Shown piece after piece: positions 37,735-49,803 of a stretch of 64,000 nt of DNA. The first letter of the stretch is position 1. The number at the start of each line of letters is the position of its first letter. This stretch comes from Lama glama (Eukaryota). The translations under genes and the position numbers were made by a program. The DNA lies in NCBI GenBank assembly GCA_028534125.1, contig CM052817.1, forward strand, positions 78,058,001-78,122,000, read 5' to 3'. The notes beneath the pieces are model-generated. The model was not told where the DNA came from. It searched no databases and was given only the letters and a program-made list of their open reading frames with translations.

Positions 37735-38645
37735 CATTTTTCAACATTTAAAACTTGTGAGATGTAGCATAAATATAAACGTGTATAAAATATTCATAGA
37801 ATGTAGGGACTAATTCCATAATGAACGCTCACGTAAGCAGCACTGGAGGTGAAGGACTGGAACACAGTCCTCACACCGGAATCTCTGCAGGGCTGTCTTC
37901 CAACTTGCATCTCCCCTCTTCTCTCCTCTAGGCAGTCCTTACCTTGACTTTCATGATAGTCATTGTGTTGTTTTCTTTAGAGTTAACCATGTATACTTCC
38001 AGAAACAATATGGCATGAGTTTTTGAAATTCATATAAATGGGTAGATAGTCTATGGATTATTTTGTGTAATGTTTTCTAAGATCAACATGTCTCTAGGGT
38101 TTATCACTATTGCTTGTTCACTTTGATTGCAAAAAAGTGCACTGTATGAGTATGCATAAATTTGTTTATCAATCTTGCAGTTTCTGGGCATGTAAATTGC
38201 TTCTAGCTTTGAACTAGTACAAAAATATTTCTATGAGTATTCTTACAGAAGTTTTTTTGTGAGCATGTGCATTCTTTTCCATATAGTATGTACCTAGAGG
38301 TGACTTTCTAGGGCACCGGGTAGGATGTTGTCCTTTAGTAGAAAATGCCATAAAGTTTTCCAGAGTGATTCCACTGTTTTACACTTGCAACAGCAGTGTA
38401 TGAAAGTTTCAGATGCTTCAGTCTCATCAGTACTTGGTCCTGAGGATCTTTTTCATTCCAGCCGTTCTGTTTATGTCGTGGTATTTCATTATGGATTTAG
38501 CTTTCATTTCTCCGGTGACTGATAAGGTTGACAACATGGTCATATGCTTAGTGGTCACTTGGATATCTTCTTTTGTGAAGTGCCTGTACAAGTCTTTAAC
38601 CCAATTTTTCATTGATTTGCTTTCCTTTTTTTCTATTGCGTTTCA
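37735..38645 (-). mobile_element. L1ME-type 3' UTR and ORF2 end
   Basis: ORF 38427-38612 KNWVKDLYRHFTKEDIQVTTKHM...EMKAKSIMKYH resembles L1 ORF2 KWAKDMNRHFSKEDI...REMQIKTTMRYH. Confidence 0.88.
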
Positions 38646-38689
38646 GGTATAGCAAAGGTATTCATGTTTTCAGTTAAAAGGCCTGACAT

Positions 38690-38865
38690 GTAAATTTATC
38701 CCATAATTTCTTGCTCCCTTCCTATTGGCCAGAATCATCATATGGGCACAGATATCTTGGAGGCAGTGTGGGAAAAGTATTTTTACCTGGGTGGCAGTGT
38801 GCCTGGCCAGATCTTCACTATGGAAAAGGAAAACACTGATACTGTGAAAGACAGCTAGCTGCTTC
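38690..38865 (-). mobile_element. MLT1J/I-type LTR fragment
   Basis: cctattggccagaatcatcatatgggcaca...tgggaaaagtatttttacctgggtggcagtgtgcctggc. Confidence 0.65.
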
Positions 38866-39779
38866 TCCTTTACGAGGGCTCGCCCTAAAAATTTAAGTAT
38901 GTGTTAGTGCTGTGTGGTAAATATGGAATGTCGCTGAACTAGCTGTAGAAGCATCCAAAGCATAAAAAATGATCACTAACACTCTGCTTGGTTCAAGGTG
39001 CATCTTGACTGGAAATAAATGGATTTCTTACAGTTATATATTCCATGCCTCAGCCCCGGCTACAATACCAGGGCAAGGACATCTATCATTTAATGTGCAA
39101 GTGTGGTCATACGAGCACTAGGCACTGGCAACGGCCTAATGGAGTTTTGTGGTATTTGGCATGAGCCATACAAGTGGGCTAACTCCTGAAATTATCCACC
39201 AAGGCTACATCAGTTCATCAGTTAAAATCTGACCACACAACTATAAAAGCCATTCATGTGGACAAAGAGGCCATCACAAACTGGCATCATTAAAAAGCCA
39301 TGTGGTCTGCTTCCACCTGCAGGTGTTACTACACTGCTGGCTGGATCCCACTCCTCGTTGGTTCCTTGACCAGTGTTCCAGGTGCTGGTTAATTGACCCA
39401 AATAGGATGCAGTAGTTTGACAAGTGGTATTCAGAGGTGTTTTTTATTGCTTGTTGAAGAACATGGCCTTGGTAGGCAGCAACAATAGCTTCCACGTACT
39501 GAGTTCTGAATCGCAAAGATTTGACCAGCAGGCAGCACTGGATGATGACAGGCCCCTTGCCGCCATGGCAGCACCTTCAGCACCCGACTCACAACGGCCG
39601 AGAGCAGAGTGGAGCCGAGCAGAGTGCACAGGAGTCCAAAGGGGAAAGAGCGTGTGGGTGACTCATAAAACTGTGCAGCAACCATTCCTATAGGATATTC
39701 CTCTTCTCAGGAGAATCAGTGAGTAAAGGAAACATCAGAAGTGACTTCATCCCACCCACTCCCAAACAGACTCTTGAGG

Positions 39780-40800
39780 GTAGATATAGTTAAAATAAAA
39801 TGATACAGGAATACTGAGGATAAACTGTTGAGCACTAATGTATCAAAGAAATGGAAACAAAAATTAATCAAGGTGATACTATTAATATTATATGACACAG
39901 AACCAAAGGAAGAGATGTTTACTCTGCTAAAGTATTCTGTTCAAAATAAGAGTTAAAACTACTACCTACTAAATAGCATAAATTGCAATATATAAAATAG
40001 AAACAAATTGAAATAAGGACAGTTGCCATGAGCATGATAATAACATCAGCCTGCCTCACTCATTCATCAGCCAGCTAAACATGCAAGATAGATAAATATG
40101 GAGGCGTTACAGTGGTATAAAAGGATGATTTAACAGATTCTCAACAAAGTATACACCTCTTTTTAGCTACCCACAGAATAATTATAATTTTTAAAAATTT
40201 TTGTTTATTCACCAGAAAAAGTCAATGAATTTCCATACTAGAAATGGCATAGGCCATATTTCCCAATAAATTTTTTTCCCAATAATGCAGTAAAATTCGT
40301 AATTAACATTAATATTTTCACAGTGACAGTAATAATAACACCTCAGTTAATTTAGAAATTTTACAAAAGAAGAGAAACTTTCTGCAAAAGAATATTTGGC
40401 TCAAATCCATAGCAAGAGGAAGTTGAAGCCTAGTTAGGAAGCGACAGTGAGAATAGCAGAGGGAGAAACTGGAGGGAAAAGTAAACAGAGGAAAAAAATC
40501 ATGGTCTTAAATGTTTATACTTTGGCTCAAGAAATAACTGAAATAAATGAAGTGATAATTCAACTCAAGAAATCAGGCGGGAAGCACAAAACAAACATAG
40601 GGACCACAGGAAGAAGGATACAATGTAAGTAAAAATGAGAAATGATGGAGACCCTGGGAATGTGATGCCGTGGGGCTGTAGTGAAGGTTGGGGAATCTTT
40701 TTTCATTATTACTTTCTAAAAAAGCAAAACCAAATATTAAAAACTTTGAGAATATTCTTGTTCCCAGGGTACCTGATAAGTTTATTAGTAAAATTTCTTC
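39780..40800 (+). mobile_element. Very old L1 ORF2 (endonuclease/post-EN) remnant
   Basis: A-rich strand; tatacacctctttttagctacccacagaata, aataatgcagtaaaatt, aaataaatgaagtgataattcaactcaagaaa resemble L1 ORF2 5' landmarks. Confidence 0.6.
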
Positions 40801-40829
40801 ATGAATAAGATTAATTGGTACTCTGCCAG

Positions 40830-40890
40830 TGTGTATGTGTGTGTGTGTGTGTATAAATGTATGCATGTATGTATATTATATGTGTGTGTC
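40830..40890. repeat. (TG)n/(TATG)n microsatellite
   Basis: gtgtatgtgtgtgtgtgtgtgtataaatgtatgcatgtatgtat. Confidence 0.85.
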
Positions 40891-41304
40891 TATTCCAAAA
40901 TGTAAATTGACATGAGGACAAAAATGCTTTTATTCCTATAATGTGTTGTTAGGATTGTCTGGACCAGTAAGAACTAGGAATGCTTCAGTGTTGAATACGT
41001 GTTTGGGATACCTGCTGGACTGAGAGTGGGGTTAAGAAGTAACATTTCATTTGAAATCAAAGTAAGATCATCAGGAAATGATTTAGTTAAGAAAGCAATG
41101 ATTATTTATGTTTTTAATTTATTACTTGTGTTGTTAGAAGAATATGGAAAAGGTTTTATTGTCTATAAAATCGGTCACATGCTTAGTCCTTACATTTATT
41201 TTGTGCTTTTCCTCCTGATTGCTAGAGTTGAATTATCACTTCACTTATTTCAGTTATTTCTTGAGCCAAAGTAAAAACATTTAAGACTATGATTTTTTTC
41301 TGAT

Positions 41305-42025
41305 TTGTACAACAACTGTTTATTGAGGAGCTACTGTGTGTATAGTATAGTATATGAACAGAAGTTGATGCAATTTCTGATCTCATGGAACTTGCAGCCT
41401 AGAGGATATAAAAGATACTAATCAAAAATTACATAAATGAATATAAATATAATACACATAAATATAATAAATATAAAAATATTACTTGAATAAGTAATAT
41501 TTGAAGCATAAGATCATATAAGAAGGGGATTTGATGTAGCCAAGTAAATCAGGGAAGTCTTTCTTAAGGAAGCGACAGTTTGTAGCAGATTTTGAAATTA
41601 ATGTTATCAAGTCAGTCCACAGGTAAAGAGCATAGCAGGTAGAGTGATTAGCTTATTTATGGTAAGGCACCCTGGCAGGAGCAGACTAGATCTTTCAGGA
41701 ACCAGAATTATGGTAAGTACGGCTGGCATCCAGTGATGGAGGCAGGCAGCCAATGAGTAATTCATGTATAGTGAAAGAGATGAGACCACACAGGCGGTGC
41801 TAGGAATTTAGACTTTTACAGAAGAGCCATGGGGATTCACTGAGATATTATAGACAAAGTGTGTGCGTGTGTGTATATGTGTCTGTGTGTATGCTACAGC
41901 GTGTGAGTGGAGATTGGTGGGACGCAATAATGGGAGTAGGGAGACCAAACAGGAGGCTATGATACGTGTCCAGGTGGCAGCTGTTGATAATATGGATGGG
42001 GCTCTGGTGGCAGAGTGACAGAGTG
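41305..42025 (-). mobile_element. L2 3' region
   Basis: tttattgaggagctactgtgtg...tctcatggaacttgcagcctag...cagggaagtctttcttaaggaag...gggagaccaaacaggaggcta. Confidence 0.85.
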
Positions 42026-43989
42026 TCTATTAGAATGTTCTAATCAATGTCCTAATTTTATCTGGACCTGTTTGTTTATGGTTCTTCAGAAAAAAAATAC
42101 AGGATTAGTCCCTCTAAACAATTAATGATAAAAAGTTTAAAAGAGAGTTGAAGAGAGTAGTCAAATTTGAATTGTAAGTAACCATCTCCAGAGATACATT
42201 TCAATAATGTTTAGGACAAGACTTCTGGAAAGAGCTTGGCAGTAGAATACATAAGAGTCATGCTGTTCTTTAAATCATACCATGAAACACCACTATATTA
42301 AATTTCATCATGCAAACTAATGGAAATTTGGCTATATTTTACATAGCACTCTTTTACATCTTGAAAGTAATATTGTATAAATATTTTAATAACACTTCCA
42401 GTTTATTAGGCAGTAATTATTGACTCATTTGTTAGTTTGTTAGTTTGTTTGATAACACTCACTGATAGATAAGTGCTAGTACATAGAAAGTAAAGATTTA
42501 TGACACATTTATAGGAAAAAAACCAAAATCCTATCCAATGGCTTATTTTTTTAAAGTGTTCATACAAAAATGAATTATTTTGCGATCCTATAGTCAATAC
42601 ATTTAGACTACCCTCAAGGACTTCTAGATTCTGTCAGATTATAATTTGAGGCTCACTATTTTTAGGAAAAATTAGCTAAAGGATGACATGATATATAGTG
42701 TTAACAACACTTAATCAGATATAACTGGGAATCTGTGTTTAGTGATATGTTCCGTGTCTTCAAGTGGGGTGACTACTATTTTTATTGGTTTCAAAGTAAG
42801 CACAAAAATAGATGCAGTAAGCTGATCTTTTTCTCAAAGTGAAATGCAAAAGTTCTCCTTAACATATGTTGAATTTGGGGTTATTCTATATGCAGCATCT
42901 TCCACTGTATGCATTGCCCTTGTCAGTTCTGTTGATTTCACTAGTTACATGTTTAATAGAAAAGGGTCATTTTTTTCAAGCTAAGGAAAATCTTTTAAAG
43001 ATAATGATTTAAAGATATATCATCTATGAAGAGCATCTCCATAATAGATGTACTTATGTTAGCTATTTTTCAAAAAAATTATTCCTCCTTACTTATAAAT
43101 TATTTTAATTATTGTGTTATTCATGTATGTAAAGTACAAATGCACTGATTTCCGTGAATCAAAACCCCATCTGATTGTAGGTGTATGCATATGCATATAC
43201 ACTCAAGTGTGGTATGACGTAGGTTACAAATTACTGTACATCAGTTTTTCTACTTGGTGTCTAGCAAACCATTAAATGCTAATATTCATAAAATAAGTAT
43301 CATTGCAACATTTTATTACCTCTTACCTTTTATTACCATTTATTACTTAATTTTGGTTTTTAATTTGTCTAATTTTAATCTTATATCTTTGAGGTTTTTA
43401 TTGTTTGCTTATTTTATAAGAATTTCATAGATAATTTTGTTTATGGCTTTTATGAAGTATTTTGAGAATTTGAAATGGAAAGCCTTTAGTAATCTGAGAG
43501 CCTACTCTTGTTCCTCATCCCCCAGTTCTCCCCTAACCGACTCCTTCTCCATTGACAAGGAAACCGTCCCAGCTCCTGATATAGGAAGGGGTGGGTGAGC
43601 ACTGAGGGGCACAAGAGAGAAAAGCCCACAGGAAATGGGATCTGGCAAAAGTAAAGAGCTAAAGCAGCCCTACCTGTCGTACCCCTTAATCTATATTTTA
43701 GAAAAACTCTACCTTACTAACAGCCATGTAAATGTTTTTTTTCCTTCTAATTCTTTAACAACTTTGGGACCCTAAACAGAACCTACAGATTTGAATATAC
43801 TTAACTTTTCAAGTGTTTACTGAATTCTACCATCTACAGTTTAGTTTTTTTTTTTTTAAATTCAGCCCACATTCACACTGTTAGAATTTATTGTTTTCCT
43901 TTAGGGTTGACTTTACTTAAATATACACACGCAAACACGCACCCCTAAATCAATAAACAAATAAATGAACAAAAGTAGAGTATTACCTT

Positions 43990-44400
43990 TTCTATTATTT
44001 AGGAATTGTATCTGGCTCTCAATGGTAAGACCTTAATAAAACAGTGACTTATGTGAGCTAGATTTTTCTTTTTTCCCTCAGGTGAGAAACAGTGCAGACA
44101 GGCAGTCCAAGGAATTGTAATCGGTGTGTGCTGTCATCATTGCCCCCAGATTCCCTGTTTTTCTGCTTGGCCATCTATAGAACTTGTTCCCATTCTCAGA
44201 TTGCCTTGTGACTTACAGTACAGATGCAGCAGCTCCAACAATCATGTCTGCACTGGTGGCAAAAAGGAGAAGAGGGGATGGGAGGGAAGGCATTTCACAG
44301 TTAAGTGCTTTGCTGCTGCTTCTAACAATAAATAAATTTTGTTAAATATAACGCAAGGATAAATGGATTTTGAGCAGGCAACTCACAGTCTGCCACATCT
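43990..44400 (-). mobile_element. MLT1J-type MaLR LTR (internally deleted)
   Basis: aacagtgactta...aggcagtccaagg...gcagctccaacaatcatgtctgca...aatggattttgagcaggcaactcacagtctgccaca. Confidence 0.7.
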
Positions 44401-45004
44401 GTCGTTTATATATCTCTGTATATATCTTGTAGTTCTTAGCCAGAAAACTTTCTTAAGATTTCTCATAAGCCTGAGTCACCGTGGAGTCTAAAAAGTAACA
44501 AACTCCAGTCCATATGCTGATTCAACTAGTTGAAGTCATGGCTGTATACACACTTCTAAATATGGATAAAAATAGTGTCCCAAAATACATAAATACTTTT
44601 GAATAGGGATAAAACTAGTACCCAAAAGAATTATGCAGTGCTTGGGAGCGTTGGTATCACAACCTCATCCCAGTGTTAGGATGGCTACTAGCAGAGGGAA
44701 TATCCAGGTGCAAGGTTTGCTTAATTTACAATATTTTCTTCTCTCTACATCTGGTTAAGCAGAAACACATTTATTATTACTGTGTTTGGAGGAAGAAGCA
44801 AAACCATTGCAATATTTCTGCTTTTTCCCCCAAAAAATCTTTCTCTGAAACTTGATTGTTGGATTGGTAATATTGACTAAATGAAGTTCCTTTGAGGTAT
44901 CACTCTGGTGTGGCTATCAAATAGGCTAATAATGTTTTTTACTGTTAACATAATTTTGATGGAAATACAATCATTTATTTTCACTTTATTAGATTGTAGT
45001 TTAA

Positions 45005-45255
45005 GGCAGCACCAAATAATGTGTAAGAATATGGGTTTTGGAGACAGATACAGGTGGATTTAAAAAATCTGACTCTTCTACTGCCAGCTGTGTGTGACCT
45101 GGGGAAGCTTCTCCTTCAGTCGAATGTGTGGCAGGGAGATAAATCCAATCTCAAGGTTCTGATAGAATTAAATGAGTGAGTAAGTGTGTGTAAAGTGTGC
45201 AGCTGAGTGCGTGTGACATAGTGGACATTCAGTAAAGAAAACTATTTATTGTTAC
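45005..45255 (+). mobile_element. MIR
   Basis: gtaagaatatgggttttggagacaga...agctgtgtgtgacctgggg...aattaaatgag...tgtaaagtg...acatagtggacattcagtaaa. Confidence 0.8.
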
Positions 45256-45744
45256 TGCTGTTACTCCTACTTTTCTAAATTGATGTGCCCTTAGCATTAT
45301 GCCCTTGTTAATACAGACTTTTTAGGTTAGAGGTGAAAAGGTCATGTCAGCTCTAATTACTCTCAAGAAGCACACTTAATTTATGTAAGGGCTTTAGTTT
45401 GGATCTTGTCATCCTTTATGGGACTTGGAGTCCCTGATACTGTGCCTGCTCTCTTCCAGGACTGTGGCGGTTATTTGATGGGCGCAGGCCTGAACCCCCC
45501 AGTTACCCCAGCATCAGCTCTGTTTATCCCTGTAGCTGGTCTGACTGGTAGTGCCTGTCTGATAGTGGTTGGTCAGTATCTCACTCTTATTCAGAAATAT
45601 TACTTCAGCATTCCTGATTTAAATTTAAAACAGAAATGGATAAAATACTACTTTGGTTGAATTCTTTTAAAAAATGAGCTAAAGTAAAAAGATAATAAAT
45701 GCATAATCATCTTGGAAAAAGGGGTATCAGATTAGACAGGGCTT

Positions 45745-46000
45745 AAAATGATAGTTGCCATTTATTTGACCACCTACTCTATTTTCAGTATTAACTCTAC
45801 TATGTGTTTTAAATACATTCCAATTAATTTTCATAACCACTGTAAGAAGTAAGCTTATCATTTGCTCTATTTTCCAGCAAGAAATGTGACTTGCAGATAA
45901 ATGATCTGTTCAAATTCGCATGACTAATAAATGTTGAAAATAGAATTTAAATTTCTGCCCTGCTTGACTAAAAGCTGTTTTCTTAACTACCACGTAATAG
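45745..46000 (-). mobile_element. MIR
   Basis: atagttgccatttatttgaccacctact...ttcataaccactgtaagaagtaagc...tttcttaactaccac. Confidence 0.7.
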
Positions 46001-46440
46001 TGGTATTCTTTTCTTAAAAAGATGATACAGGGAGACGTTTGGAGTAAAGCTGGTAATAAAGTAAGAGAATTGTTTTCTCATTCATAAAGGAGCAGATTAG
46101 ATTATTATTTTATGAAAGTCCAAACCATTACTTTGCTTCCTCAACTTGGGTACTCTGCTCTGTCTCTGTAGAAAATTTGCAAGTTGAGTTTGACAGTCCC
46201 GCCAAACACTAAGGGAGTAAGATTTTCCCCACATGGACTCCTGAAGGTGGGGTGGGGGGAGAGAGAATTCAATACTTTAAGTTGTGTTTTTACACTTAGA
46301 AATGCATATTCATATGTATGATAAGATTTCAGAAATTAGATAATTTTGCATTTTTCTGCTCTTGAAATACCCTCTTTAAATGTATTATTTACATTTCTTG
46401 GTTCATATAAAGTGTCGCTTTCCCTGAGATCTGCGTATAG

Positions 46441-46629
46441 AGGGTTGCTAAATTTAGCAAATAAAAATATGGGATGGCCAGTTAAATTTTAATTTCACAT
46501 GAGCAACACGTAATTCTTTCATATCACTATGTCCTATACAACATCTGGGACAAACTAACACTAAAAAACTATACATTGTTTATTTGAAATTCATGAGTGG
46601 CCATCCTGCATTTTGTCTGGCAACCATTA
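46441..46629. mobile_element. MER53 palindromic hAT MITE
   Basis: TIRs agggttgc.../...tctggcaacc; internal atttagcaaataaaaatatgggatggccagttaaattttaatttca and ctgggacaaactaacactaaaaaa. Confidence 0.9.
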
Positions 46630-48109
46630 CTGGAAGTAGTATTGTGAAACAGAAACAACAAACATCCATAACAATGAGAATGAAAAGACATCTCTTTCGA
46701 ATTCAGACAAACTAGGCTTCAAGTTACATGTTTACCACCTAAATGAGTGACAAATCCATGCCTCTTGGATTGGGCTGTGTATGTAGAAAGAGGACGACAT
46801 CTCCATTCACCCTTGGGGAGAACTGGAGAGCAGGGTCAGGCAAACTCTGGTATTTTAAATGGTTAGGATCTCTAGTGCTTATTGGGATGCTCTGCTGGGT
46901 AAGCAGACCGATACGGGTATTCTGTAACCTGGCATTAAAAAATACTTCCACACTTGAAAAATAATTTGAAACTCATTACTCCAAGGTGTTTCTTATCTGA
47001 ACCAATCATGTTGTATTGATTTGCTCTACATTTTTGTAGATGTGTTTTGTTTCCTTGACTCAATTCTAAATTCTGTTTGGCTAGGTGAGCAATCCTAATG
47101 GAGCATGGAATCTAGGGAAAAGTACACTGTGTGTCAAAGTTCTCCCTCTTTTTTAAAAAAAAAATGGAACAAATGAAATAAATACTGAAACAGCCTTAAA
47201 ACCTAATAAGAGCAAGGAAAGTATACGTGGAAGAAGCAATCCCATAATTTTTGCATTTCCTTGGTGATAATGAGCTATAGAAAACATTCTATAAATATCA
47301 TCTTGTCCCTGAACACCAGCAACCAGCATCACCTTTATTCATTAAGTTCTCAAAAATTAAGAGTTATGTGATCATCTGAATTCTTTATACAATTGACAAG
47401 ACTGTATAGTCTTAGCACAGGCTATATCTAACCTGTTTCTGTTTCAACTAATGGCTTAGAATATAACAAACACTCAGTGTGATAGGTCAACTTGATAGAA
47501 TCACGTGATTAATTCTGCAGAAACTGAGAAGCATCAATTCTTTCTCCTACTTTAACAGTCAAGTTGAGGTTGGATGGGAGTCATGTGATATTATTCAAAT
47601 AGCATCTCTCAGCAGAGATATCTTTGAATATGTTTGTGTAACATCCTTAGTAATAAATGAAAAGAATAAACACTAATTACTGTTCCTTCCTTTATGGCAC
47701 CTTGATTAGAGCCAGCACATATTTTCATAGGACAGTTAAAAGGATTTGTCTTCAGTTCTGATGAAAACAGGAACATCAGCATGATGTTTACCATCAATAG
47801 TAGGCAACAGTTTCAGCAGGAAAAAAATGTCATGGCTGATCATTTGAAGACATAATTCCTTCTGGTAATCATTTATATAATTTAATAGGAAATGAAAAAC
47901 TTGGATATTTAAAGCAATTGTCCAGGATAGTCATAAAATTCCCAATTCTATAAATCACCTTCTTCTTAGAAAGAAAATGCGTATCATCCCAAGACACTTC
48001 AGTGATTCTTAGCCTGTATTTTTTGTAACTCAGCACCAATAGAATTGGAATTCACCAATGTCTTGAGATCTTTACACCTTGAAATAGTTGATAGCCAATT
48101 ATTAGCAGA

Positions 48110-48810
48110 TAACAATATTAGCTAATATAATCTGTTGAGGTTTTTTTTTTGATATGCCAGATAATGTTGTAAACCCTTGGCATTTATTATTTCATTTAAT
48201 ACCTAAAATAACATAAGGTAGGTCCTGCAAGAACTGTGAAAGTTCTGAAATTCTGCCCTATTGGCAAGCTGACAGATTGGCTTAGCACATTTTCATGGTT
48301 GTTAGCAGAAGATGTGAGACTACTGGTTCAGAGACAAAGGACAGTTTTATTACTCATGGTAATAGTAATTGCCAGAGTATCCACATTTTCTTGTGTCAGT
48401 TTCCCCAACCCCAATTCCTACAGAGCAATGTGGAAATGAAATGATAAAAGCCAGGTTACATATGCTTATGCAATGGGTTGAATTACAGAACAGAATCACT
48501 GAAGTTAGGAAACACAAAATGTCCATAATGGGCAATAAGCATCACTGCTTGGGAAGAAGACATTATTTCTCTTTTCCAAGACTGCTGCAGCCCTAAAGAT
48601 ACAGTCCATAACAAAGATAATCAGTGCTTCTGCTCAAAAGACATGCAGAAAAATGAGAGAGTTATGGCTAATTGTCTTCCAGCATATACCAATATTATTT
48701 CCTTTTACAGATGAGGAAACAATAGAGCCAAACAAGGTCACATAGGTAGTAGTAAGTAGAATTAAGTTTAAAACTTAAGTAGTTTGACTCCAAAACTCAT
48801 GCTCTGAACA
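48110..48810 (-). mobile_element. MIR split by an LTR insertion (MIR parts about 48110-48224 and 48686-48810)
   Basis: Left tatgccagataatgttgtaaac...tttcatttaat; right ttttacagatgaggaaac...caaggtcacatagg...tttgactccaaaactcatgctct. Confidence 0.75.
48225..48685 (-). mobile_element. ERVL-class solo LTR (MER70/MER76-like)
   Basis: gcagaagatgtgagactactggttcagagacaaaggacagttttattactca (antisense polyA region); same family motif as 37085-37605. Confidence 0.7.
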
Positions 48811-49734
48811 ACAACAACAACAACAAAATTCTGATTAAAAAATAGTTGTGAGTGAAGTGTGTCTGTAAAAAGAATGGAAGAATCCATTATCTTTCTACAA
48901 AATCACACTAGAAGTTGAAATTCAGTTAGTGTTATTGTTTGCTTAGATTTTTCAAGGTGCAGTTGGAACATACGTACCTTTTTAAAGATTAGGATACAAA
49001 TTGCATGATAATAATGCTACTTAAAATCATATATCTGTAAAGGTAACATTTCAAGGGATCTGATGCATATAGAGTGTCCTCTGTGATGTTATCAAAGTAA
49101 GTTCTTAATTGAGGAGATGATAATGATAACTCCTAAACTGTTTAGAAAATACAACCTCCTTGTGGCTATTTGATTCCTTTACCACTTAATCAACTTTCTC
49201 AAATAAAACAGAATAAATACTAAAAAGCATTAGGTCCACAAGAGGCTTATCAAGGCAAAATGTTTTACTAAAGCCCAGTTGCCATCGGCTGTAAGTGTTT
49301 TGTCGTTAATACCTGTTCTGGTGACTTGATCTCATCCTCTGTTGAGATACTGTCTGATCCTAATTGTAATGGGGTGCTTCCCATTCACATTATAACAAAG
49401 GCCAGCTTCTTTCCCAAACACGACTTCATTTGTATCTCAAAAAGACACTGATTAGCTTTTTGTTTGAATCAAGAATGTTAGTGAATAAATGATCCATGAA
49501 ATTGAATCCCCAAAATAATTTCTGGATGATGTTGTATCAAGTGCTTTCATTGGTAGTTTTTATAAGAGTCTGTTCTCTGGAAGGATCCCGTCTGTTTTGC
49601 CCATCATCCCCAGTACAGTTTTCACAGGCAGCTCTCAATTTTCTGCATGCTGATTACTGCGCTGTGTATTGCTTAGGTCCTTTGGTATAAGGTGTCATCC
49701 CGAGACCCAGACCTCGAGTCACATTCCCACTTAC

Positions 49735-49803
49735 CAGATCCCCCGGTTAGTCTTTGCTTAGCTTGTTCCTGTGAGGGCTTAATGAAAGGAGAAAATTGAG
49801 ACT
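49735..49803 (-). other. Candidate orphan symmetric exon (69 nt), minus strand
   Basis: Minus strand cctctttgcctttctag| ... CTG|gtaagt; phase 1-1 frame open. Confidence 0.2.

Noticed and set aside
38427-38612. ORF with real protein similarity
   Set aside because: Decayed L1 ORF2 C-terminus, not a host gene
46247-46260. G-rich runs (also 50224-50238) as G-quadruplex candidates
   Set aside because: Fewer than four separated G3+ tracts within a short span
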